A stretch of DNA of 64,000 nt from a virus: the IMG/VR virus record IMGVR_UViG_3300037010_002844, positions 1 through 64,000 of that record; one strand, 5' to 3'. This document shows positions 54,305 to 62,586 of this stretch, piece after piece. Under the pieces are notes generated by a model. It saw only the letters and a list, made by a program, of their open reading frames with translations. It was not told the DNA's origin and searched no databases. Every line of letters begins with the position of its first letter. Position 1 is the first letter of the stretch. The position numbers and the translations under genes were made by a program.

Positions 54305-55756
54305 TCAGGTAGCTGCTGCGACTCGCGATTTTGACCCGTGACACGGGCCGTGGTCGTCGAGGTACTTCTCGCCACCCGGAATTGCGATCATCACCTCAAC
54401 TGGCTGCCCACAGAACTTGCAAGTCACCTGGTCGCCGGTGCCGACCATGCGGGCACCGGCCTCGAGGACGATGGTGACGTTGCCCTTCTTGATCACCTTC
54501 TTGATGACCTTCGACTCGCCGACCGGATCCCAAATTTGAGTGTGATCAGAGCCCGTCTTCTTGACCTTTAGCTTGTCGCCATCCATCGAGACCCGACCTG
54601 TCTCACCCGGTTTGAACTCCGAGGCGCCCGACTTGCCGTAGACCTTACCCTTGTACCGCGTCACCACGGAGGCGCCACCGTACTTCGGTCCACCCTTGTA
54701 GACCTTGTACGTGTCCTTACCGGCCTTGGCAGCGGGAGCCGTCGCGGGTGGCGCTGCAGATGCGGCCGCGGAGGCGGTGACTTTGGGAGCCTCGCCGCCC
54801 TCGTCGCTGATAGGATTGATGATAGCCTGATTAGTCTTGCGGGCCTTGCGAATCGACTTGTCGAGGAACTCGCGGAAGCCGTCGAGCTCGCGGACGATGT
54901 CTGGATGATCCTTCATCAGCTGCACGTCGGCAGCCGTCAGTTCGCCCGACTTGGTCAACAGCTTGATGTAGTCATTTATGGCTGACAGAACGAGGATTTC
55001 GAGTTCCTCGGGAGATTCCTCCTCGAGCTGACCCAACCATTGGGCCTTCGCCATCGCCTTGTCGACGGCCTGCTTGGCGCCCGCAACTGAAAAGCCAAGC
55101 TCGGCAGCGATGTCCTGGAAGGAGGCGCCGCCCACGTCAGAGACAGTTTTGAACTTGCGAGCGTCATCGTCAGCCATCGCCTCGACCTCGTCAGCTTCTG
55201 GTTCCTCCAAAGGACCCTTCAGTGCCGACCTGAGGTCCTTGCGGTACTTCTCGGCCTTGCGCATGTACTCAGCACCGTGAACGCCCGTCGGGACCTTCGT
55301 GACAGGGGGCAGAGGTCCGACGACTGGACCAAACTCCTTCTGTTTCTTCGGAAAGGCCTCGGTCAGGTCGAGGTTATCACGCAGATGCTGCCTGACCGCA
55401 GCACGGATCACAGCCTCGGTCTTCGTGTCCTTCTTCATCTTGTCCCCATCATCCTTTTCTTGTGAAACCTCAAGGGCACCGACCAACTTCTCGTAGACAT
55501 CGGGCACCTTTTCATCGGGCAGATCTGCGCTAAGCGCATCGACAGCAACCTTGAGCTCTGCTCGGCTGTGTGGCCGAAAATCTGGGTTGCCGGGATTGGT
55601 CACGGCGGCCGAAGGATCGACCACGTCATTGACCTTGATTGGTTCATCGGTTTTGCCGGTGCCCTCAGGCACCAGAACGCGGCCAAGGTCCTTGTTGTCA
55701 AGGACCTCGCGGACCATCTCACGGATGGCCTCCTCGGTGACTGTGACCTTGCTCAT
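54305..55756 (-). CDS. hypothetical protein with C-terminal zinc ribbon (483 aa)
   Basis: CKFCGQPV...HGPCHG. N-terminus MSKVTVTEEAIREMVREVL is a weak match to the shared motif. Confidence 0.4.
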   Translation of the reverse strand: MSKVTVTEEAIREMVREVLDNKDLGRVLVPEGTGKTDEPIKVNDVVDPSAAVTNPGNPDFRPHSRAELKVAVDALSADLPDEKVPDVYEKLVGALEVSQEKDDGDKMKKDTKTEAVIRAAVRQHLRDNLDLTEAFPKKQKEFGPVVGPLPPVTKVPTGVHGAEYMRKAEKYRKDLRSALKGPLEEPEADEVEAMADDDARKFKTVSDVGGASFQDIAAELGFSVAGAKQAVDKAMAKAQWLGQLEEESPEELEILVLSAINDYIKLLTKSGELTAADVQLMKDHPDIVRELDGFREFLDKSIRKARKTNQAIINPISDEGGEAPKVTASAAASAAPPATAPAAKAGKDTYKVYKGGPKYGGASVVTRYKGKVYGKSGASEFKPGETGRVSMDGDKLKVKKTGSDHTQIWDPVGESKVIKKVIKKGNVTIVLEAGARMVGTGDQVTCKFCGQPVEVMIAIPGGEKYLDDHGPCHGSKSRVAAAT

Positions 55757-55758
55757 GC

Positions 55759-56076
55759 TCAGTCCTTGGGACCGGGTGTCGAGGCAGTTCCGAACTTGGC
55801 GTCAGTGAACTTGCGGCCAAAGTACAGCGTCAAGATCGGAATAAAGTAAGCAGAGCATGCTGCCACGTCAAACGGTCTGATCGTCACGCCGCCGATCTTC
55901 TCGACCAACGAGACAATGTAGGCCAAGGTCGTCACCCAAAAGGCGACGAAAACCATCGTCACAGTGACAGAGCCATAGCCTTTTGTGTCCTTGATCCAGT
56001 ACCACGCTGGTTTGACCTCAGTCGGGTCAGGAGTTGTGTTATCGTCTGCCATGGGAGCCTCCGAAGTGTCCGGCAC
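55759..56076 (-). CDS. small two-TM membrane protein (holin-like topology)
   Basis: VTVTMVFVAFWVTTLAYIVSL and FIPILTLYF. Confidence 0.4.
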   Translation of the reverse strand: MPDTSEAPMADDNTTPDPTEVKPAWYWIKDTKGYGSVTVTMVFVAFWVTTLAYIVSLVEKIGGVTIRPFDVAACSAYFIPILTLYFGRKFTDAKFGTASTPGPKD

Positions 56077-56097
56077 GGTCTAAATAGGACGCTCGCG

Positions 56098-56613
56098 TTA
56101 TTTGCTGGTCACCTTCGACACCGTGTAGACAGTCAACAACGTGAGGCCAATCCCGCCTGCGGCGCCCAGACCCACGTAGACGGGCATCCAAGAGTTTGAC
56201 GACTGCGCCTTCTTGAGTTGCTCTTCGGCCGCATTGAGCTCCTTCTGCTTGGCGTCAATCTGAGCCTGCAACACCTTCTGGTCTGCGTCTGACTTCGCTT
56301 TGGCTTCAAAAAGCTTGAAATCGCACTGGGCCTTGTCCTCGCCCCTCGCGCGATCTACCTCGATCTTGATCTGATCGTTGGCAGCGTGTAGCTGAGCGAT
56401 CACCGTCGCCACAGCCTTAGGGGACAGGAGGATGCCAGTGAAGGGCGCCTTGTCGCCCTTCTTCATCGGCGAAATGACTGCGCCTAGGTCTTTTTCACCG
56501 TCAGGGACGGTGATGTCAGGCAACGTCACGCCGTTGTCGTCGGCCAACGCCGGGCGAACATAGCTAAAGATCAATGTGAAACAGAGGATAAGGGAGAAGA
56601 GTCTTTTCCACAT
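56098..56613 (-). CDS. secreted coiled-coil protein with C-terminal TM anchor (171 aa)
   Basis: Signal peptide MWKRLFSLILCFTLIFSYVRPALA. C-terminal GLGAAGGIGLTLLTVYTV. Confidence 0.4.
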   Translation of the reverse strand: MWKRLFSLILCFTLIFSYVRPALADDNGVTLPDITVPDGEKDLGAVISPMKKGDKAPFTGILLSPKAVATVIAQLHAANDQIKIEVDRARGEDKAQCDFKLFEAKAKSDADQKVLQAQIDAKQKELNAAEEQLKKAQSSNSWMPVYVGLGAAGGIGLTLLTVYTVSKVTSK

Positions 56614-56627
56614 GCCCTCATACTACA

Positions 56628-57020
56628 TCACGCAGGTAGGACGATCTGAAAGCCAGTCGCCGCGCTCAACTGCTTGGCGAGCTCGTTAGGATTCGAACCG
56701 TACTGCTTGACGATGTCCTCGATCTCCTTCTTCTTCTTGTCGTCGAGGTCCTTCTTGGCAGCATCATACTGTGCCTGAACTGCGCTCAGAGCATCCTGCA
56801 GGCGCTTGACATCGAGATCATGTTGGCGCTCTTCTTCAGCGCGAGCGGCGTTGATTTGCTTGATTTCATCATCGTGAGCGTCCTGAATCTCCTTCAGGCG
56901 CTTAGCGTAGTCACTACCCTGCCCGCGAAACAGGATGAATCCGACGATGACTCCAAGGACTAGGAGGCCGATCTGCCAGTACTTCTTGACGAATGCCCAA
57001 GTTGTTAGCAACCACGTCAT
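56628..57020 (-). CDS. N-terminal TM plus coiled-coil protein (i-spanin-like topology)
   Basis: MTWLLTTWAFVKKYWQIGLLVLGVIVGFILF, then a heptad-rich region. Confidence 0.4.
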   Translation of the reverse strand: MTWLLTTWAFVKKYWQIGLLVLGVIVGFILFRGQGSDYAKRLKEIQDAHDDEIKQINAARAEEERQHDLDVKRLQDALSAVQAQYDAAKKDLDDKKKKEIEDIVKQYGSNPNELAKQLSAATGFQIVLPA

Positions 57021-57616
57021 ATTCAGTTAGGCTTGTCACGCCCCTCCTTCTTCTTGCCTTCGGAGAGCTTGGAATCAAGAGAGTTGCCATTCATGACCTT
57101 AAGAATCTGCGCCTGGATGGCGTACAGCTCCGAAATCGCCTGATGATGCGACTGAACCGCCTGCGCGACTCCGACGACTGACTTGGTCAATATGTTGACG
57201 TTGTGTGCCAGGTCAAGGATGTCGTTCTTCAAGTCCATGACCTTCGCTGAAGTATCAATGGCCTTGTCGATTAGCTTGTTAAGCAAGCTCTTCTTTGGCG
57301 TCGGGCTTTCCATCTTGAGTTCCATCTTGTTCGTCCCTGTTGATCAAACTGTACAACGCCTCTGAGTCCAGTTCACCGAAACCTTCGATGCGACGCTTTT
57401 TGGGCTTGCCGTCGATCACCTCACGCAACTTGCGATTGACGAGGCCGTCGACGATGGCAATTGCCCGAGGCGAGCCTTCCGCCACTTGACGAGCAAACTC
57501 GTCAAAGACATCCTGCATCGAAATGCCGTGTTGGAAGAGCCGCGCCCGCAGGGCTGCGTGAACTTCCTTCGTCAGCTTGACGTGGATGCATTTTCGTGAC
57601 TGGAAGATGTCATGTC

Positions 57617-58216
57617 TCATGCGGGAGCGCCTCCGGCACCACCCCCAGCTCGGGCGGCGGCGGGAGCCGGGAACTCATCGTCGGCTGCCTCTTCAGGCGA
57701 CTTACCGATCTCGATGCCGTGCTCAGAACGCAGGTTCTCCTTGAACGCCTCTACGACTTCTGGGGCATAGTTCTTGCCCAGGAAGTTGGCCGCTCGACGG
57801 AGCAATGTGTTGCGCAACTCCAACAGTGACGCGGCGTTGTCGATCAGGCGCATCACAGAATTGGCATAAGAGTCCATGTCGATGGAATCGACGCCGGGCT
57901 TCGAGGGCGCGTCGCTGCCTTCGTCGCCGAGGCCGAACTCATCATCGCCACCTTCATTGTCACCCTCGTCATCGCCGGCCTCGACAATGCGCCGGACCGC
58001 GCGACGCCAGTCCTTGCCTTCGGTCTTGGCGGACTTGGCTTCGCTCTCGTATTCTCCGAGGTAACGATCGATCTGCGCGTCGACAGAGTCCTCGCCGTCC
58101 TCACGCTCAGGTTCCTTACCGGCCGTGGGATCATTGCCGCCGGCCTCACGTAGAAATTCCTCGCGGAGGATTCGCTTCAGATCGCCGACCTTGATCCTGA
58201 TCTTTCTGTCCATCAC
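57617..58216 (-). CDS. N-terminal targeting-motif family protein, acidic (199 aa)
   Basis: MMDRKIRIKVGDLKRILREEFLREAGGNDPTAGKEPE, which is the motif followed by a linker. Confidence 0.45.
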   Translation of the reverse strand: MMDRKIRIKVGDLKRILREEFLREAGGNDPTAGKEPEREDGEDSVDAQIDRYLGEYESEAKSAKTEGKDWRRAVRRIVEAGDDEGDNEGGDDEFGLGDEGSDAPSKPGVDSIDMDSYANSVMRLIDNAASLLELRNTLLRRAANFLGKNYAPEVVEAFKENLRSEHGIEIGKSPEEAADDEFPAPAAARAGGGAGGAPA

Positions 58217-58923
58217 TTCACCGCCACTGCAATCGCCTCACCGCGCTTGAAGCGGTCTTCGATCACGGTCCAGTTGAACTCGCGCATCTGCGAGATGAGA
58301 TAGCTTTTCTTGTCGGACAGGTAGTCGCGGTAGTAGGCATGTTCATGCATGTCGACCACGATGATAGGGTACAACCCAACCATGACGTCCTGGCTGTGAT
58401 TGCTGATGATGACATTGACATAGCGCTTCAAGAAGGCGTGATAACCGCACACCACCCAACCGTTGCCCGCCGCCATGCCGCAGGCAATGAAGTCACGTTG
58501 CCAGTCCTCGAAGGTCCCGAAGTCACGCTGTAGCTTCAGGTACGAGATCGAATCCATCACGATCTCGCTGTGAGGATCGAAACAGTTGGCAAAGTACAAC
58601 TCGTGCAGCCAGACGGCATTGAGGTTGTATGCCTCGTCTAGCTTCAACGATCTGAAGTCGCTGTGCTTCGAATTGGCACCCGAACGATCTGCGGTGTCGA
58701 GCTCCGACGAGACCTGATTCACTTGCTCAATGTAGTCCTTGTAGAGGGCGGTGTGAGCGTCCTTGGTCTTCTGTGAGATGAGCTCGGAGACCTGTTTGAA
58801 GGGCTTCTGCTCGGCCACGTACGCTTCCTTGAGAGGCTCGCGTGCCGCGCCCATCGTCTCCTTCACGGACTTCCTTAGAAGGCCGTCGACGTCGAGGCCC
58901 GTGTCTTTGTCAGTCAAGCTCAT
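58213..58923 (-). CDS. Fe/Mn superoxide dismutase family protein with about 70-aa N-terminal extension
   Basis: NAVWLHELYFANC (WNHTFYWNC), FGTFEDWQ...GNGWVV (FGSFADF...GSGWTWL) and DMHEHAYYRDYLSDKKSYL (DVWEHAYYIDYRNARPGYL). Metal-ligand His/Asp positions are conserved. Confidence 0.75.
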   Translation of the reverse strand: MSLTDKDTGLDVDGLLRKSVKETMGAAREPLKEAYVAEQKPFKQVSELISQKTKDAHTALYKDYIEQVNQVSSELDTADRSGANSKHSDFRSLKLDEAYNLNAVWLHELYFANCFDPHSEIVMDSISYLKLQRDFGTFEDWQRDFIACGMAAGNGWVVCGYHAFLKRYVNVIISNHSQDVMVGLYPIIVVDMHEHAYYRDYLSDKKSYLISQMREFNWTVIEDRFKRGEAIAVAVK

Positions 58924-59454
58924 ATTCTTGCTCCAAGGTTGTAGCGTCAACAAGGAAGGTCTCACCTTCCGGCGTTCGGAGAATGCAATCGCGGGGCCCG
59001 ACGGAGTCAACCGTGTAGCGGATGCCGCTCTTCTTGTGCAGTACCTTTAGCTCGGGAGAGATGACGATCTTCTCATCACCTTTGCCCAGTTTCGCCGTCA
59101 GTGCGACGTCGATGGTCTCAGCGAGTTGATTGACCTTGTTATCCCATTCCTCACGCATAATGCGAAGGACATCAGCCTCAGTCAGTGTCTTCATCGGGCC
59201 CTGGCGGTAAGTATTCTCTCCAGCTTGAGACGCAGGTCATCACGATTGGCTTTCGTTCTTCCATGTACAACTATCGATAGAGTCATGTTTTGAGCGGTAA
59301 ACCACTCATCCTTTGCACGATCTGAAAGCCAGTTGCGATAGATTCCTTTGTCACGTGGATTTGTGATGCCATCATGACGTCGATGGAGCGGTCAAGACCG
59401 TGCCAATATTCGCTGTCGTACTGAATGTACGTATTGATGCTTTTGACGTAAAAG

Positions 59455-59913
59455 TCAACGGGCCAATCTTGAGTTGATAATCGCATCCTCTAGCGATAGC
59501 ACTTCAATACCGACGGACCGCAGGAGATTTAGCCCTGCCGGATCGCGGTAGGGAATCTCATAAACAACTCGGGCAATCTCAGCATTGATGATCAACTTGG
59601 CGCAGTCCTTGCACGGGCTGTGAGTCACGTACAGGTGTTTCTTCTTGGGAAAGTTGAAGTCACACTTGACCAGCGCATTGACCTCGGCGTGAATAAAGCC
59701 TGACTTGCCAGGTTCCTTCGACTCGTGCTCGTGTGGCCCGCCTTTGTAGTTGCCGTTGTACCCGATCGACAACATCTGGGTATTGTCGTATGAGACGACG
59801 ATGGCGCCCACCTTTAGCCTGGGATCGTAAGAACGCAAGGCAATCGTCTTGGCGACTGCCATCCAGATCGAAGGCCAGGTGGGCCGCAGTTCTTCGCTAT
59901 TGTGGGTCATCAC
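59455..59913 (-). CDS. dCMP (deoxycytidylate) deaminase
   Basis: HAEVNALVKC...HSPCKDCAKLI are the zinc-binding H(A)E and PCxxC motifs of the CDA fold. Confidence 0.85.
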   Translation of the reverse strand: MMTHNSEELRPTWPSIWMAVAKTIALRSYDPRLKVGAIVVSYDNTQMLSIGYNGNYKGGPHEHESKEPGKSGFIHAEVNALVKCDFNFPKKKHLYVTHSPCKDCAKLIINAEIARVVYEIPYRDPAGLNLLRSVGIEVLSLEDAIINSRLAR

Positions 59914-60785
59914 AGTAACTCCTTGAAGAGCTCCGTCTCACGGCGCTCCATCTCCTTGCCCAACTGAGCGCCCGTGAATCCTTGTGCCATTAGCTCATCA
60001 CCTGTGATGGTGGGCCTGTACTTCAGGAAGGCTCGAACCAAGCGCGGTTCAGGCGTGCTCTTCATTGCAGCGAACTCAATCAAGTCCTTGTCCGACAGCT
60101 TGCTGATCAGGTAAGCCTTGCGTAGCCTGAAGGCATTCTCGGGAGTCAAGTCCTTGAATCGCAGGAGAAACGTCACCTGCGCTACCTCGTCGGCAGAGTA
60201 CTTCAACGCATTAAGGCGCTTTGCCACAAGATCGGGAGCGTTACCCCACAACAATCGGGCGAGAACCACCGGCACGTTCTTCGTGTCGATCGGAACCCGC
60301 GCAACGTTAAGACCCGGGAACACCTGTGGCCAGAGGTCGTACTCCTCCATCATGTCAAGGAACGACGGCACAGATCGGGTCGCTAGAATGCCCTTCAAAA
60401 ACTCGTCTCTAATTCGTTCAGGGGAAACCCCGCTCAACTTATTGTCATTTTTGATGGCCTGAGCCGTCGCAGGGTCAAGTTGTGACCCCATGCGTGTCGC
60501 AAATCGCAGGGCCCGCAGGATGCGCAACCTGTCTTCTGCAAATCGCGCACCTGGGTCTCCAACTGCCTTGACGATCCCGTTCTGGATGTCGTCGATTCCG
60601 CCGACGAAGTCGACGATCTCCCCTTTGTCGATGTCGTAGAACAAGGCGTTGATCGTCAGATCGCGGCGCTGCACGTCCGAAGCAATGTCAGTGAACTCGA
60701 CCGCGTCGGGCCGACGACCATTAAGTCTTTCAAATTGCTTGAATTCTTCAGGAAATATTTCCTTTGCTATCTTTTGCCACGTCAT
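59910..60785 (-). CDS. cca: CCA-adding tRNA nucleotidyltransferase, body/C-terminal part (exon 2 or split product)
   Basis: RRPDAVEFTDIASDVQRRDLTINALFYD...EDRLRILRALRFA are PolyA_pol-family motifs downstream of the head domain. Confidence 0.7.
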   Translation of the reverse strand: MTWQKIAKEIFPEEFKQFERLNGRRPDAVEFTDIASDVQRRDLTINALFYDIDKGEIVDFVGGIDDIQNGIVKAVGDPGARFAEDRLRILRALRFATRMGSQLDPATAQAIKNDNKLSGVSPERIRDEFLKGILATRSVPSFLDMMEEYDLWPQVFPGLNVARVPIDTKNVPVVLARLLWGNAPDLVAKRLNALKYSADEVAQVTFLLRFKDLTPENAFRLRKAYLISKLSDKDLIEFAAMKSTPEPRLVRAFLKYRPTITGDELMAQGFTGAQLGKEMERRETELFKELL

Positions 60786-61075
60786 CTGTTACGTCTTTCT
60801 TAGAAGTTGTAGTAAGTCGACCGGTCAATCCTTTTGCCCACATTTCACGTTTTGATTGAGCAATACGTTCTGAATGTTCTTTTGTTCTAGGGGCTTGGGA
60901 ACACCCAATTTACGTTTGTGTTCTTGAGTTGCCAGAACACCTTTATTCCACGGTCCTACAGTTATACCAACGTAACGAATTTTAGGCGTGATCGGATCGA
61001 TCAATGAACAGACGAAGCCTTTTCTCATACTCTGGTCCCTTTGCGCGGATAAACTTCACAAAGTCATCCCTAGTA
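60786..61075 (-). mobile_element. AT-rich insertion splitting the cca gene, with a GIY-YIG-like mini-ORF (60825..61028)
   Basis: GC drops sharply. The 67-aa ORF KGFVCSLIDPITPKIRYVGIT resembles the GIY...YIG motif. Candidate group I intron or free-standing homing-endonuclease remnant. Confidence 0.5.
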
Positions 61076-61434
61076 TTAGAAGCATACGTCTCCTTGCGGA
61101 AGGTGGCGATCTCATATTCACCGCCCTCGGGAGTGATCACCTTGACGACGCCGAATGACTTGCCGATGGGCAGGATCTTGAGGCCGGGATCAGTCTCCAG
61201 GAGCGAAATAACCTGGTCAGGAGTCGCCTCAGTCGCAACGTCGTAATCCTTGGGCTCCTTGCCCAGCAAAGCATCGCGGACTGAACCGCCGACAACGTAG
61301 AGCTGGTGTCCAGCGCTCTTGAAGAGGGTCGCCAACTGCCTGAGATCATCGGGCAGGTGCATGTTGAACTTCTTGCGGACCTGTTCAAACAGGTGCGCCC
61401 GTACCGCCTCGGTAATGAGTGATTTTAGCGTCAT
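60982..61434 (-). CDS. cca: CCA-adding tRNA nucleotidyltransferase, head domain (exon 1 or split product)
   Basis: LYVVGGSVRDALLGKEPKDYDVAT...GEYEIATFRKETY is the catalytic head (GGxVRD, DxD). Confidence 0.7.
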   Translation of the reverse strand: MTLKSLITEAVRAHLFEQVRKKFNMHLPDDLRQLATLFKSAGHQLYVVGGSVRDALLGKEPKDYDVATEATPDQVISLLETDPGLKILPIGKSFGVVKVITPEGGEYEIATFRKETYASNTRDDFVKFIRAKGPEYEKRLRLFIDRSDHA

Positions 61435-61449
61435 CTGATGATGTATTTG

Positions 61450-62025
61450 TCAAGGCATCTTGTGCTTGTTGTTGATCAGCAAGTGGTGCTCCCAACACCG
61501 CGGCTCGTAGAGCTCGTCGCCGCCCACCTCGACGGTGTGTTCATCACCGCCCGTGACCTTCTTATGCGTATAATGAGCATCACGGCCGCAAACAGTGCAG
61601 ACAGCGGTACACTTGATGACCTCGGTCGCCCAAGGCAACAGTTGGGTGACTTCCGGGAATGGCTTCCCATTGGCGGCCATGTCCAACGTGGAGACGATGA
61701 TCGAGAAACCCGAGCGATACAAGAAAATTAGCACTTCAGCGATCCCGTGAATCATGAAGGCCTCGTCGACAGCGATGACCTTGTAGTCGGTGTCGCTGTC
61801 GAGGATGTGCTGCAACAGGTCGGCGCCTTCCTTCACCGTCACAGCCTGCGCTCGCCAGCCGCTGTGACTGACAATGTCACCGACTGCATAACGAGTGTCG
61901 ATCTGCGGCTTGAAGACCGCGACGGACTTGTGCTGGAACTTGCAACGCTCCAGTTCCATCAACAGTCGCGATGTTTTTGACGAGAACATCGGACCGCAGA
62001 AAACGGTGAAGGAAGGGTTCTGCAT
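61450..62025 (-). CDS. tdk: thymidine kinase (TK1-type)
   Basis: P-loop FCGPMFSSKTS. C-terminal zinc ribbon CTAVCTVCG...YTHK. Confidence 0.85.
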   Translation of the reverse strand: MQNPSFTVFCGPMFSSKTSRLLMELERCKFQHKSVAVFKPQIDTRYAVGDIVSHSGWRAQAVTVKEGADLLQHILDSDTDYKVIAVDEAFMIHGIAEVLIFLYRSGFSIIVSTLDMAANGKPFPEVTQLLPWATEVIKCTAVCTVCGRDAHYTHKKVTGGDEHTVEVGGDELYEPRCWEHHLLINNKHKMP

Positions 62026-62037
62026 CTCTCTCCTGTG

Positions 62038-62583
62038 TCAGAGGCTCAAAAAGGCGAAGGGTCCTCGAACGCCCGCGCTGTACTCTGCTGCGGCCTCGAG
62101 GGCCACGCGGAGACGATCTTGGGGTTGCATGTTGCTGTTCCTCGTAGCGTACAGGGCGCCCAGAGCGATCTGGGCGCCGCAGCCCACGGCCGCGTAGTTC
62201 TCACGGGGTCGACCCACCTGGTAGTCCTCTTCAACCACGTAAATCTTACCCTTGAAGCCAACGATGAAGGACGACTCATGCTCTTCCAGCTCGTTCTCCT
62301 TCTTCGCCGCGCCCTTCTCATTCAGGAGTTCTCTGACAGCATCAACAAAGTCATTGACCAGGTACTCCATGTCGTCGGTCTGCTTCACCGATTGCTCGGG
62401 GACCTCGAGCGAGTAGCGTAGCAACTGACCGATGCGGAAGGACCCGCAGAACCCCATGATGAGGTTCTCGTTGATAAAGACCTTCTCATCGGCCCGGTTG
62501 CAGATGCTCAAACCATCGATGCCTGCAGAGTCACCACCGACCCAGACAGTACCCTCGTGTTCCAGTGCGACAATGCAGGTCAT
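62038..62583 (-). CDS. HslV/proteasome-beta-like Ntn hydrolase, paralog 1 (181 aa)
   Basis: MTCIVALEHEGTVWVGGDSA aligns with HslV [20 protein letters not shown]. Thr1 follows the initiator Met. Conserved GxxG/GSG segments. Confidence 0.6.
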   Translation of the reverse strand: MTCIVALEHEGTVWVGGDSAGIDGLSICNRADEKVFINENLIMGFCGSFRIGQLLRYSLEVPEQSVKQTDDMEYLVNDFVDAVRELLNEKGAAKKENELEEHESSFIVGFKGKIYVVEEDYQVGRPRENYAAVGCGAQIALGALYATRNSNMQPQDRLRVALEAAAEYSAGVRGPFAFLSL

Positions 62584-62586
62584 GGT

